32,000 bases of DNA from NCBI RefSeq assembly GCF_000008665.1, contig NC_000917.1, forward strand, positions 1,800,001-1,832,000, written 5' to 3'. This document shows, one piece after another, positions 7,303-15,702 of the stretch. This DNA is from Archaeoglobus fulgidus DSM 4304. Lineage in GTDB: Archaea; Halobacteriota; Archaeoglobi; Archaeoglobales; Archaeoglobaceae. Numbering within the stretch: position 1 is the stretch's first letter; every line of letters starts with the position of its first letter. The notes under the pieces were generated by a model. The model saw only the letters and a program-made list of their open reading frames with translations, had not been told where the DNA came from and ran no database searches. Made by a program: the position numbers and the translations under genes.

Positions 7303-8709
7303 GTGGACATGAACGTGGAAATTTTTGCTGGCATTGTCAACAACCCTTTAACCAAAAAAGCACTCAGAAATCTTTCAGGTTCATGCAAAACCTGTGGAGA
7401 CAAAAGAATAAAGATTGCCATAGATTACGCTCTCGGCTACCGCAGTGATGCCTGTTGGAAGTGCAGGGCTGCTGCCAAAGTTGTCAAGAAGGTTATTGAG
7501 GCTGGCGGAAGGGCATTCAATGTTGACATGAATGAAATAAGGGAGAAGTTCAGAGATGCTTACTGGAGAAAGGGGTTGGCGAGCGTTATCAAAGGAATAG
7601 CCCACTTCGGAGTCAGAAAGCCCTTCGTTCCCGGCGCGCCCTTTCAGGTTGTGTGGGACATCACATATTCCTGCAACCTCCGCTGCAAGCACTGCTACGC
7701 AACAGCAGGCAAACCACTACAGGATGAGCTAACAACCGATGAAGCTCTCGAAACAATCGACAAGCTGGACAGGCTTGGCGTCACAATCATCGCCTTTTCC
7801 GGAGGAGAACCGCTCGTAAGAAGGGACATCTTCGAGCTGACGAGATACGCTGCCGAGAAGGGGATTTACGTTGCCATAGCAACCAACGGAACCCTAATAA
7901 CAGAAGAAATAGCTAAAAGGATGAAGGAGAATGGAGTTGGCTACGTGCAGATCAGCCTTGATGGGATGAAAGAGACTCATGAGGCTTTCAGGGGGATAAG
8001 GGGTTGCTTCGACAAAACAGTTGAGGGGATCAGGAATGCTGTCAAGACGGGATTGTTCGTTAACGTTTCCATGACGGTGACCAGATACAACTACCACGAG
8101 GTGCCCAAAGTGGTCGAGCTCTGCGAAAAGCTGGGAGTGAACTGGTTCATGCACTACAACTTCATCCCAACAGGAAGAGGTAGAGAGATAGTGGAGGCGG
8201 ACATAACTCCCGAGCAGAGGGAGGAGCTGCTGAAATGGCTCTACGAGAAAAACTACAGCTCGAACATTTCCCTGCTCTCAACCGCCCCCCAGTTTGCCCG
8301 CGTTGCACTGCAGTGTCAGGGAGAGATTGTGCCGACGCACTTCTACAATGTAAACGCTGGTGAGAGGCTGAAGGAGCTGGCGGAGTTCATTGGTGGTTGT
8401 GGGGCTGGGAGGTTCTACTTCGCCATAAAGGCGAACGGCGACATTCAGCCCTGCGTCTTCTTCCCGCTTAAGGTTGGTAATGTGAGGGAGGATGATCTGG
8501 AGGAGCTTTGGCTTCACAACCACGTTTTCGAGGATTTGAGGGATAAGGATATTCTTGAGGGCTGTGGAAGCTGTGGATACAGGTACGTGTGTGGAGGCTG
8601 CAGAGCTAGGGCCTACAACTACTTTGGAGACTACACTAAGCCCGATCCCGGGTGTGTGAATAATAGAAGGTGGTGGGAGAGGATTAGTAAAATTGAGGTT
8701 AGGGCTTGA
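7303..8709 (+). CDS. Radical SAM / SPASM-domain protein (NirJ/AhbC-AhbD-like) with a roughly 110-aa Cys-containing N-terminal extension
   Basis: 468-aa ORF with the CNLRCKHCY radical-SAM motif, FSGGEPL, and a C-terminal SPASM twin-cluster region (GCGAGRFY...QPC...CGSCGYRYVCGGCRARAY). The N-terminal extension carries CKTC and CWKC pairs. The start is either GTG 7303 or ATG 7309. Confidence 0.8.
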   Translation: MDMNVEIFAGIVNNPLTKKALRNLSGSCKTCGDKRIKIAIDYALGYRSDACWKCRAAAKVVKKVIEAGGRAFNVDMNEIREKFRDAYWRKGLASVIKGIAHFGVRKPFVPGAPFQVVWDITYSCNLRCKHCYATAGKPLQDELTTDEALETIDKLDRLGVTIIAFSGGEPLVRRDIFELTRYAAEKGIYVAIATNGTLITEEIAKRMKENGVGYVQISLDGMKETHEAFRGIRGCFDKTVEGIRNAVKTGLFVNVSMTVTRYNYHEVPKVVELCEKLGVNWFMHYNFIPTGRGREIVEADITPEQREELLKWLYEKNYSSNISLLSTAPQFARVALQCQGEIVPTHFYNVNAGERLKELAEFIGGCGAGRFYFAIKANGDIQPCVFFPLKVGNVREDDLEELWLHNHVFEDLRDKDILEGCGSCGYRYVCGGCRARAYNYFGDYTKPDPGCVNNRRWWERISKIEVRA

Positions 8710-8725
8710 GGCCTAAATAGTAAAA

Positions 8726-8736
8726 TTTTTATTTTT
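8726..8736 (+). terminator. Oligo-T tract (TTTTTATTTTT) after the radical SAM gene; the same A/T block probably serves as the TATA box for the next gene
   Basis: The T-rich run starts 17 nt after the stop at 8709, and archaeal termination uses oligo-T. The block is centred about 26 nt upstream of the ATG at 8756. Confidence 0.4.
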
Positions 8737-8755
8737 GTTAGCATGTAGCTAATTT

Positions 8756-9454
8756 ATGTCACCAGATACCGAGGAACAAACTGGCTTAACGATATACCTC
8801 TACCCTGTGATTGCATGGATAATTCTGGTCACAAAAATTGAAAGTGGGTTGAGGACAAGGACCTTCCCAGTAGTTCACGGAGATGAAGGCAACAATTTAA
8901 TACCACTTCCAGAAGACGTGAAAAACATCCGAATCGTGCAATCATGGCCCGACACTTTTCTGGCCAAGGCAACTGTTGGAGCTGAAACCATAGATATGGG
9001 AATTCACGTATCTCCAGATGTTGAAGCCCTTAAAAAGGAAGCTATCGAGCTTATAAAGCACAAGGGTTCCCTGAGAAAGGCCAAAAAGGATGCTGAAAGA
9101 GAAAGTATAGTTAGTGGCTGGTTCCAATCGAAATTCCAATCAGAACTGTTAAATCTCAAAAAAGGGTGGAGAATAAGGGGGATAGTGAGAGCTGAATCTC
9201 CAGAATCAAAAACTCTTTTCAACATCGAGCTTATCAAGAGAGTTGAGAGGAGAAAAGACGCCAGCCATTTACGAAGTGGGGTGTTCACACCATATCAAAA
9301 ATCGAGAATAGAAGACATACCTCTCTCACAGAGAAAAATTGAACCCGGAGAAGTGGATGTTCCCATACCTTACGACGGAATATACAGAATTGCCATCAGT
9401 CCGAACGTAAAAACCACCTACTTCGTTGAGCTCTTTGTTGAAAAAGGGTCTTAG
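8756..9454 (+). CDS. Hypothetical protein (232 aa) with one N-terminal hydrophobic helix
   Basis: Long ORF in an A/T-rich islet. It has a TATA-like element at the leaderless distance. The hydrophobic segment is LTIYLYPVIAWIILVT. I recognise no family motif. Confidence 0.5.
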   Translation: MSPDTEEQTGLTIYLYPVIAWIILVTKIESGLRTRTFPVVHGDEGNNLIPLPEDVKNIRIVQSWPDTFLAKATVGAETIDMGIHVSPDVEALKKEAIELIKHKGSLRKAKKDAERESIVSGWFQSKFQSELLNLKKGWRIRGIVRAESPESKTLFNIELIKRVERRKDASHLRSGVFTPYQKSRIEDIPLSQRKIEPGEVDVPIPYDGIYRIAISPNVKTTYFVELFVEKGS

Positions 9455-9463
9455 GATTAAGGG

Positions 9464-9497
9464 AGGGGCCCGATAGATTTGAACATCGAGGAGACGG
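9464..9497 (-). other. Decayed copy of a tRNA 3' half (T-arm plus acceptor 3' strand), same orientation as tRNA-Pro 0.9 kb away
   Basis: AGGGGCCCGATAGATTTGAACATCGAGG aligns with the tRNA-Pro plus-strand sequence TGGGGCCGCCGAGATTTGAACTCGGG (10355-10380). It shares a 6-mer GGGGCC and a 10-mer AGATTTGAAC at identical spacing. It cannot fold into a complete tRNA. Confidence 0.5.
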
Positions 9498-9597
9498 ATG
9501 AAGGTTATGTAGCTCAGGCACTGGGGCACTCAATTTTTACACTTGAAGTAAAGAAGGATAAAGGAGCAGGCAGTCTTGTCGTAAGCTTAATAATAAG

Positions 9598-9605
9598 TTT
9601 TATAA
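9598..9605 (+). promoter_or_regulatory. TATA box (TTTTATAA) for vapBC
   Basis: Centred about 28 nt upstream of the vapB ATG at 9630, consistent with a leaderless or near-leaderless transcript. Confidence 0.4.
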
Positions 9606-9629
9606 CCTTCACATCGAAATTCATACCTA

Positions 9630-9890
9630 ATGGTAAGAACGAGAACTGTTGGCAAGAAGGGACAGGTTACAATTCCAAAAGAGATCAGGGAAAAGTTCGG
9701 TTTGAAGGAGGGTGAGAAAGTCGTCTTTGAGATTAGAGGAGATGAAATCATCTTGAGACCGGAAAAAAGCGGAAGAGATTATGTGGAGGAGCTTACTTCA
9801 ATCATTGAGAAGAAGCTTGAAGCACCAGAACCTGCTGAACTGAAGAGGTTGTACTATGGACAGATTGAAAAGCGCGTATCTGGACTCTAA
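9630..9890 (+). CDS. vapB: AbrB/SpoVT-family antitoxin (VapB-type)
   Basis: 86-aa ORF with the swapped-hairpin motif GKKGQVTIPKEIREKFGLKEGEKVVFEI. It overlaps the downstream PIN gene by 35 nt. Confidence 0.8.
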   Translation: MVRTRTVGKKGQVTIPKEIREKFGLKEGEKVVFEIRGDEIILRPEKSGRDYVEELTSIIEKKLEAPEPAELKRLYYGQIEKRVSGL

Positions 9891-10269
9891 TGTTTTCATT
9901 TATGCAACGCTTTACTCGGGAAAGACTGCCGAAAAATCGAAGGAGTACCTCTTAAGAGCTTCAGATGGCGAATTCAACGCATTTACATCAACGCTTACGT
10001 GGGATGAAGTTGTGTATGTCGTAAGAAAAGTTGCTGGAATAGAAGAAGGCATTAAAGCTGGAGAAATTCTGCTTAAAATGCCATTCATTGAGTTTCTGGA
10101 TGTTGATTTTGCTGTTTGTGAAGAAGCCCAGAAGCTTGCTGAGAAGTATAATCTATTGCCGAGAGATGCAATTCATGCTGTCCTTGCCCTGAAATACTGC
10201 GATGGTGTGATTATTAGCAACGATGCAGATTTCGATGTTGTTGATGGACTGAAAAGAATGTTTGATTAA
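9856..10269 (+). CDS. vapC: PIN-domain ribonuclease toxin (VapC-type)
   Basis: 137-aa ORF with the N-terminal YLDSNVFIYA (first catalytic Asp). It also has later conserved acidic residues (LPRDAIHA, ISNDADF) typical of PIN domains. Confidence 0.8.
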   Translation: MDRLKSAYLDSNVFIYATLYSGKTAEKSKEYLLRASDGEFNAFTSTLTWDEVVYVVRKVAGIEEGIKAGEILLKMPFIEFLDVDFAVCEEAQKLAEKYNLLPRDAIHAVLALKYCDGVIISNDADFDVVDGLKRMFD

Positions 10270-10354
10270 AGAATCAACCTGTCAGCTTTTCTGGAACTGC
10301 AGCTCAGACAGTATCTGGCAGTATTAAAAAACGGTTTTCCCGCCAGTTCAATGA

Positions 10355-10428
10355 TGGGGCCGCCGAGATTTGAACTCGGGTCACCGGCTCCCAAAGCCGA
10401 GAGGATCACCAGGCTACCCTACGGCCCC
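10355..10428 (-). tRNA. tRNA-Pro (anticodon UGG)
   Basis: The reverse complement is GGGGCCGTAGGGTAGCCTGGTGATCCTCTCGGCTTTGGGAGCCGGTGACCCGAGTTCAAATCTCGGCGGCCCCA (74 nt). Folding by hand gives a 7-bp acceptor stem, a D arm GGGT/ATCC and an anticodon stem TCGGC/GCCGG. The anticodon loop is TT-TGG-GA (G37) and the T arm is CCGAG-TTCAAAT-CTCGG. No CCA is encoded. Confidence 0.93.
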
Positions 10429-10452
10429 TCTGTAATGATTAAAGGCAGTGGC

Positions 10453-10459
10453 TTTTAAA
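10453..10459 (-). promoter_or_regulatory. TATA box (TTTAAAA on the minus strand) for tRNA-Pro
   Basis: Centred about 28 nt upstream of the tRNA 5' end at 10428. It lies within the near-palindrome GGCTTTTAAAGCC. Confidence 0.45.
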
Positions 10460-10544
10460 GCCTTTTGCTGCAAACGCATTCGTTTTTCAGGATGGTGAAG
10501 TATTTAAATCCTGCCTCCCTCATGACAGAAAGATACACTTTATC

Positions 10545-11867
10545 ATGGTGATAAGAATGGCCTACAGCGAGCTATACTGGCAGAAGGAGGAAGTGATGCC
10601 TAAGAAGGAGCTTGAGGAGCTTCAGCTCAAGAGGTTGAGGTGGGTTGTCAGACACGCCTATGAGAACGTGGCTCATTACAGGCGAAAGCTGAAGGAAGCA
10701 GGAGTTCATCCTGACGACATAAAGAAGCGAGAAGATATTGCAAAAATTCCGTTCACCACAAAAAAAGACTTTGCAGAGAACTATCCCTTCGGGCTTTTTG
10801 CTGTCCCAAAGGAGGAAATCGTCAGACTCCACACATCGAGCGGCACAACTGGAAAGCCAAAGGTTGTTGGATACACCGCCAACGACCTTGAGAACTGGAT
10901 CAATCTTGTTGCGAGATGCCTTTACATGGTTGGAGTGAGGAAGCACGATATTTTCCAGAACATGGCGAACTACGCCTTCTTCACAGGTGGCCTGGGAATC
11001 CACGACGGGGCGGAAAGAATAGGCGCAATGGTGATTCCAGCTGGTGTGGGGAACACGGAGAGGCAGGTGAGATGCATGGCCGACTTCGGCACCACAGCGA
11101 TACATTCAACCCCAAGCTACGCGCTCCACGTCAAGGAGGTTGCCGAAGAACTCGGAGTGGATGACAAGCTCAGCCTGAGAATCGGATGCTTTGGAGCGGA
11201 GCCGTGGAGTGAGAACACAAGAAAAAGGCTGGAAGATGCGTTCAACATCAAGGCCTTCGATAGCTACGGTTTGAGTGAGATGAACGGGCCTGGAGTCGCG
11301 TTTGAGTGCGAAGAGCAGCACGGGCTTCACATTTGGGCAGACCACTACTTCATCGAAATCATCGACCCGCAAACCGGAGAGCCGCTTTCGGAGGGAGAGA
11401 AGGGAGAGCTCGTCCTTACACCGCTTACAAAGGAGGCTTTGCCCGTGCTACGATACAGAACTGGTGACATCACCTACATAATGGACGATGAGTGCTCCTG
11501 CGGCAGAACGCATCCCAAGATACACCGCATTCTTGGTAGGAGCGATGACATGATAATAGTAAGAGGAATAAACGTCTTTCCGAGTCAGATTGAGCATGTG
11601 CTAATGCAGATTCCGGAAGTTGGCGATCACTTCCAAGTTGTCATAACCAGAAACGGCACACTCGATGAGATTACAGTTAGGGTGGAGGTCAGGGATGAGC
11701 TATTCACAGGAGAACTTTTCGACCTGCAGAGATTGCAGCAGAAAGTGCAGAGGGAGCTTCAGAAGGAACTTGGGCTGAGAACGAACGTTGAGCTGGTGGA
11801 GAAGGGGACAATCGAGAGGTCAAAGGGTAAGGCCAAGAGGGTTCTTGACCTCAGAGAAGAGCTCTAA
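10545..11867 (+). CDS. paaK: Phenylacetate-CoA ligase family (PaaK / former coenzyme F390 synthetase-type adenylate-forming enzyme)
   Basis: 440-aa ORF with the blocks LQLKRLRWVVRHAYENVAHYR, IPFTTKKDF, LHTSSGTTGKPK, FTGGLGIHDGAERIGA, TPSYALH, FGAEPWS, YGLSEMNGPGVAFEC, RYRTGD and GRSDDMIIVRGINVFPSQIE. The true start may be ATG 10557. Confidence 0.85.
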   Translation: MVIRMAYSELYWQKEEVMPKKELEELQLKRLRWVVRHAYENVAHYRRKLKEAGVHPDDIKKREDIAKIPFTTKKDFAENYPFGLFAVPKEEIVRLHTSSGTTGKPKVVGYTANDLENWINLVARCLYMVGVRKHDIFQNMANYAFFTGGLGIHDGAERIGAMVIPAGVGNTERQVRCMADFGTTAIHSTPSYALHVKEVAEELGVDDKLSLRIGCFGAEPWSENTRKRLEDAFNIKAFDSYGLSEMNGPGVAFECEEQHGLHIWADHYFIEIIDPQTGEPLSEGEKGELVLTPLTKEALPVLRYRTGDITYIMDDECSCGRTHPKIHRILGRSDDMIIVRGINVFPSQIEHVLMQIPEVGDHFQVVITRNGTLDEITVRVEVRDELFTGELFDLQRLQQKVQRELQKELGLRTNVELVEKGTIERSKGKAKRVLDLREEL

Positions 11868-11874
11868 AGTGTGC

Positions 11875-11902
11875 ATTTTATGCATATTTATTTGCATAAA
11901 AT
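11875..11902 (+). terminator. 10-bp A/T-rich inverted repeat (ATTTTATGCA-N8-TGCATAAAAT) followed by T-runs; terminator and/or regulatory hairpin between paaK and the MFS gene
   Basis: Read directly from the sequence. The stem arms are exact reverse complements and are followed by TTTTTAGCTTTTTAATT. The same A/T block must also contain the MFS gene promoter. Confidence 0.35.
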
Positions 11903-11930
11903 TTTTAGCTTTTTAATTCTTTAAATTTCC

Positions 11931-13136
11931 ATGGGTGAATTCTCCAAGTTTGAGAAACTAATAGTCCTTCTTGCAGCCGCCATAGGATGGTCACACGATG
12001 CTGTTGGGCTCACACTGCTTAACTTCCTTGCAGAGCCAATAATGAGGGAGTTCAACGTGGGTACGCTTGAAATCGGATTTATATTCTCCGCCCAGTACAT
12101 TTTCTGCATCTTCGGAGCAATGCTTTTTGGGGAGATGGGGGACAGATTTGGGAGGAAAAATGCCCTGATATTATCCATACTCTGGGTTGCGGTTTTCAGC
12201 GTTCTCTCAGCCTTTGCCCCCAACTTCTGGACTCTCGCAATTCTTAGGCTCATTTCGGGAATGGGCGTGACTTGGGGGCTTGCGTTCACCTACATGAGCG
12301 AGTTCTACTCTCCAAAGAGAAGGGGGCTGTTTGGCGGTTTGATTCACGCCACCTTCGTTTTCGGATTCATCCTTTCAGCCCTCTCAGTGTCCCTGATTTA
12401 CCCCATTTACGGCTGGAGAGCCTGCTTTTTCGTCACCCTCTATCCCATTCCTTTCCTGATACTCTTTGCCAAATACCTGCCAGAATCGAGGATATGGGAA
12501 AAGCACAGCGCCGAGATGGATAAAAGCCTGAGGCTGGCCGAAATTGTGAGAGAGAGCAGGTATCTAAGGCTACTGGTGCTCGCCACATTCCTTTTCTGGC
12601 TCGCAGAATTCGCCTACCATGCAATAGTTGACTGGTCGCCAACATTCATCATAAGGCAGTTCAACTACCGCCCTGAGGAGGCAAGCATGATTGTTCTACG
12701 CATTTCTCTCGTTGCCCTCATCGTTCTCCCATTCTTCGGCCTCATCAGCGATTACATTGGAAGGAGGTCGAGCTTTGCCATCTCCGCTTCAATAGGGCTG
12801 CTTGGCTGCTTAATGCTTGCTTACTTCACTCTGGTGAACTACAATCCTGGTCTTGCTCTTCTTTCCCTCTTCGTCATACCCATCGGCTTCGGCTCCCATG
12901 CACTCTTCGGAGTGTGGAGCAGCGAGATGTTCCCAACAAAGGTGAGGGCAACTGCCACCTCTGTTATTTTCAGCATAGCCAGAGGTCTTTCGGTGGGCGG
13001 GCTAATTGTGGGCTACGTTGCAACCTTCTCAAGCCTGCTTTACGGAATGCTTCTCGGAGGGATTGCGTTCTTGCTGATGTGCATATTTCCGTGGCTTCTT
13101 CCCGAAACGAAGGGAAGAGAGCTGGAGGAGTTTTAG
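11931..13136 (+). CDS. Major facilitator superfamily transporter
   Basis: 401-aa ORF with about 12 hydrophobic segments and the MFS loop 2-3 signature GEMGDRFGRKNA. Confidence 0.8.
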   Translation: MGEFSKFEKLIVLLAAAIGWSHDAVGLTLLNFLAEPIMREFNVGTLEIGFIFSAQYIFCIFGAMLFGEMGDRFGRKNALILSILWVAVFSVLSAFAPNFWTLAILRLISGMGVTWGLAFTYMSEFYSPKRRGLFGGLIHATFVFGFILSALSVSLIYPIYGWRACFFVTLYPIPFLILFAKYLPESRIWEKHSAEMDKSLRLAEIVRESRYLRLLVLATFLFWLAEFAYHAIVDWSPTFIIRQFNYRPEEASMIVLRISLVALIVLPFFGLISDYIGRRSSFAISASIGLLGCLMLAYFTLVNYNPGLALLSLFVIPIGFGSHALFGVWSSEMFPTKVRATATSVIFSIARGLSVGGLIVGYVATFSSLLYGMLLGGIAFLLMCIFPWLLPETKGRELEEF

Positions 13137-13145
13137 GGTGATGTT

Positions 13146-14777
13146 ATGGACGGTGCTGAAGCTGTTGCGAAAGCTTTGTTGAGGGAAAAAATTGACTGCG
13201 CCTTTTCACTGCCAAGCGGAGAGATTCTGCCAGTCTGTGAGTACCTTGAGGCTGAGGGTGTGAGGGTTATATTCACAAGGCACGAGCAGGCCGCAGGAAA
13301 CGCTGCCGACGGCTATGCGAGAGTAACGAGAAGGCCGGGATTTTGCATTGTCCCCACGGGGCCGGGATTGGCGAATCTCATGCCCGCCCTTGCTCAGGCT
13401 TACTACGCCTCAAGCCCCGTAGTCGCAATTGCGGGACACAGCAGGTATGTGAACCTTGACAGGGAAGCTTTTGAGGAGATTGACGGCTATCTCTGGGTTA
13501 AGGAGTACACGAAGTGGTCGAGGCTCGTTCCCTTCACTCACAGACTCCACGAATACGTTCAGGAGGCTTTCAGGAGAGCCCTGTCTGGGAGATATGGACC
13601 AGTGCTACTCGAAATTCCGAAAGATGTGTTGAATGCTGATATTGATGGCAAAGTTGAGCTTGCAGAGCCGAGAAACTACAGGTACACAGGAAGAGTTGGA
13701 TGTGAGGAGGAATACATTTACAGAGCACTGGAGATGCTGTTGAATGCCGAAAAACCACTCATAGTGGCTGGAAGCGGGGTCTACTGGAGCAGGGCGGAGA
13801 ATTTTATGATTGCCTTTGCCGAGAAGCTTTCCATTCCCGTCAGCGTTAGCGGGCTCGGAGGCTGCTGCATCTCTCCCGACCATCCCCTCTTTGCGGGTCA
13901 GGCTTCCGCATCTCCTGCTGTGATGCAGAGTGACTTTGTATTGGTTGTGGGAACGAGGTTCGACGAGTTCCTCGGTTTTGGACAGAAGTTCAAGGGTAAG
14001 GTGGTTCATGTTGACATCGACGCTTGCGAGCTGGCGAAGAACAGGTATGTTGACATCGCCATTAGCTGCGATGCGGGATACTTCTTCTCAAAAGCTCTTG
14101 CAATGCTTGAGGGGGAGAAAAAATTCGAGAACTGGGCAAGGCCGATAATGGAGGGAGTGAACAGAATGTTCGAGGAGGCTGCGAAGGGAGAGGATAAGCC
14201 AATGAAGCCGCAGCGATTGATGAGAGAGCTCAACGAGGTTTTGAGTAGGGACGACATCGTCATCCTCGATGGCGGGGAGACAACAGCCTGGGGCCTTCTA
14301 TACCTCAAAAAGGGTAAGGTTATAAGCTCTCAGGGACCCTTCGGGCATCTTGGCGCTGGGATTCCCATGGGAATTGCTGCAAAGGCGGCATATCCAGAAA
14401 AAAGAGTTTTCGTTGTCACAGGAGACGGGAGCTTTTTGTTCAATGGAGCCGAAATAGATACTGCTGTAAGACACGGTCTGCAGGTAGTAGTAGTTGTGGT
14501 CAACGACTCCGCTTGGGGCTTGGTGAACCACACAAGGCTGCTTTCAACGAAGTCAGCAGAGAGGGCGAGTTATGGGGTTATGCTCAACCCCGCTGCCAGA
14601 TACGACAGGTTTGCAGAGAGTTTGGAAGCGTATGGAGAGCTGGTTGAGAAATCTGGGGAAGTTAAGGAGGCTGTGAAAAGAGCCTTTGACTCTGCTCTGC
14701 CAGCTGTTCTGGACGTGAGGGTGAAGCTCGACGAAATCTCTCCCCTCGCCTACCTGCTCTCAGGCTCGGAGGGATAA
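13146..14777 (+). CDS. Thiamine-diphosphate-dependent enzyme of the acetolactate synthase / oxalyl-CoA decarboxylase / sulfoacetaldehyde acetyltransferase superfamily
   Basis: 543-aa ORF with an N-terminal PYR domain (HEQAAGNAADGYARVT, GPGLANL) and a C-terminal ThDP-binding motif GDGSFLFN...NDSAWG. The subfamily cannot be resolved by eye. Confidence 0.8.
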   Translation: MDGAEAVAKALLREKIDCAFSLPSGEILPVCEYLEAEGVRVIFTRHEQAAGNAADGYARVTRRPGFCIVPTGPGLANLMPALAQAYYASSPVVAIAGHSRYVNLDREAFEEIDGYLWVKEYTKWSRLVPFTHRLHEYVQEAFRRALSGRYGPVLLEIPKDVLNADIDGKVELAEPRNYRYTGRVGCEEEYIYRALEMLLNAEKPLIVAGSGVYWSRAENFMIAFAEKLSIPVSVSGLGGCCISPDHPLFAGQASASPAVMQSDFVLVVGTRFDEFLGFGQKFKGKVVHVDIDACELAKNRYVDIAISCDAGYFFSKALAMLEGEKKFENWARPIMEGVNRMFEEAAKGEDKPMKPQRLMRELNEVLSRDDIVILDGGETTAWGLLYLKKGKVISSQGPFGHLGAGIPMGIAAKAAYPEKRVFVVTGDGSFLFNGAEIDTAVRHGLQVVVVVVNDSAWGLVNHTRLLSTKSAERASYGVMLNPAARYDRFAESLEAYGELVEKSGEVKEAVKRAFDSALPAVLDVRVKLDEISPLAYLLSGSEG

Positions 14778-14778
14778 G

Positions 14779-15702
14779 ATGGCCGTGCTCATCACAGGAG
14801 GGGCGGGGTTTCTTGGGAGGTTTGTAGCGAAACACTTCGACTCTCCTGTGATTCTCGACCTGAAAGAGGGAAAAGGGGGAATTTTTGAGTTTGGGAGCGT
14901 TACAGCATGGTCGGACATTGCAGAAGTTTTCAGGAAGCACGAGATTGAGGGGGTGATTCACGCTGCCGCGGAGCTTTCAGTAAAGGCAGAGAAGAGCCAT
15001 GTGGATGCTTTCAGGGCAAATGTTGAGGGGGCGCTCAACATACTCGAAGCCTGCAGAGTCTTCGATGTGGAGAAGGTTGTTTTCACCAGCAGCCACTCCG
15101 TTTACGGCCCAAGAAGCTACCCCTTCACGGAGTTTTCATACAGAGACCCCACAACCTTCTACGGGGCTACAAAAGCCTGCTCAGAAATTCTGGGAACTTA
15201 CTACAGCTACACCTACGGCATTGATTTTCGGGCTGTGAGGTTTCCCATCCTCGTCGGGCCTTTCAGGAGGGGGATGGGGGCGAGCGTAGCCTTCTCTTCT
15301 CTCATCGATGATGCTTTCTTCAATGGCACGTCCGTCATTACCCTGCCAGAGGAGACAAAGCTCCCCGTTCTTTATGTTAAAGATGCTGCAGAGCTCGTTT
15401 TCAGGTTATACAGCATAGATAGAGTTTCAAAGCCAATATTCAACGTTGGTGGCGTTGTCCTCTCCATAAAAGACATTGTCGAGGCGGTGAAGAAATTCAT
15501 TCCCTTCAAGCCTCAATTCAGGATCGATGACGAAAGCAGGAGAATTGCGCAGCAGTGGACGCTCATGACTGAAATGGTTGAGAAAGCGGGGATAATCGAC
15601 AAGTACAGCAGAATTGAAGAGCTTGATTGGGAGATTAGGTGGAAAAGCGCTGAGGAAATAGTGGAAGACCACCTTAAAACGCTTGCAGAGGTGGAAGAGT
15701 GA
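14779..15702 (+). CDS. NAD-dependent epimerase/dehydratase (extended SDR)
   Basis: 307-aa ORF with the ITGGAGFLG Rossmann motif and the YGATK catalytic YxxxK. It starts 1 nt after the ThDP enzyme stop. Confidence 0.8.
   Translation: MAVLITGGAGFLGRFVAKHFDSPVILDLKEGKGGIFEFGSVTAWSDIAEVFRKHEIEGVIHAAAELSVKAEKSHVDAFRANVEGALNILEACRVFDVEKVVFTSSHSVYGPRSYPFTEFSYRDPTTFYGATKACSEILGTYYSYTYGIDFRAVRFPILVGPFRRGMGASVAFSSLIDDAFFNGTSVITLPEETKLPVLYVKDAAELVFRLYSIDRVSKPIFNVGGVVLSIKDIVEAVKKFIPFKPQFRIDDESRRIAQQWTLMTEMVEKAGIIDKYSRIEELDWEIRWKSAEEIVEDHLKTLAEVEE

Noticed and set aside
9479-9715. 78-aa plus-strand ORF bridging the tRNA-like fragment and vapB
   Set aside because: It has a TTG start within the tRNA-derived scar, overlaps the vapB promoter and 5' end in another frame, and shows no motifs. 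It is probably spurious.
8710-10428. Complete integrated element or provirus at tRNA-Pro
   Set aside because: There is no integrase, replication or structural gene. The putative att repeat is short and degenerate and brackets only about 0.9 kb. At most this is a decayed remnant, and it is reported as such.
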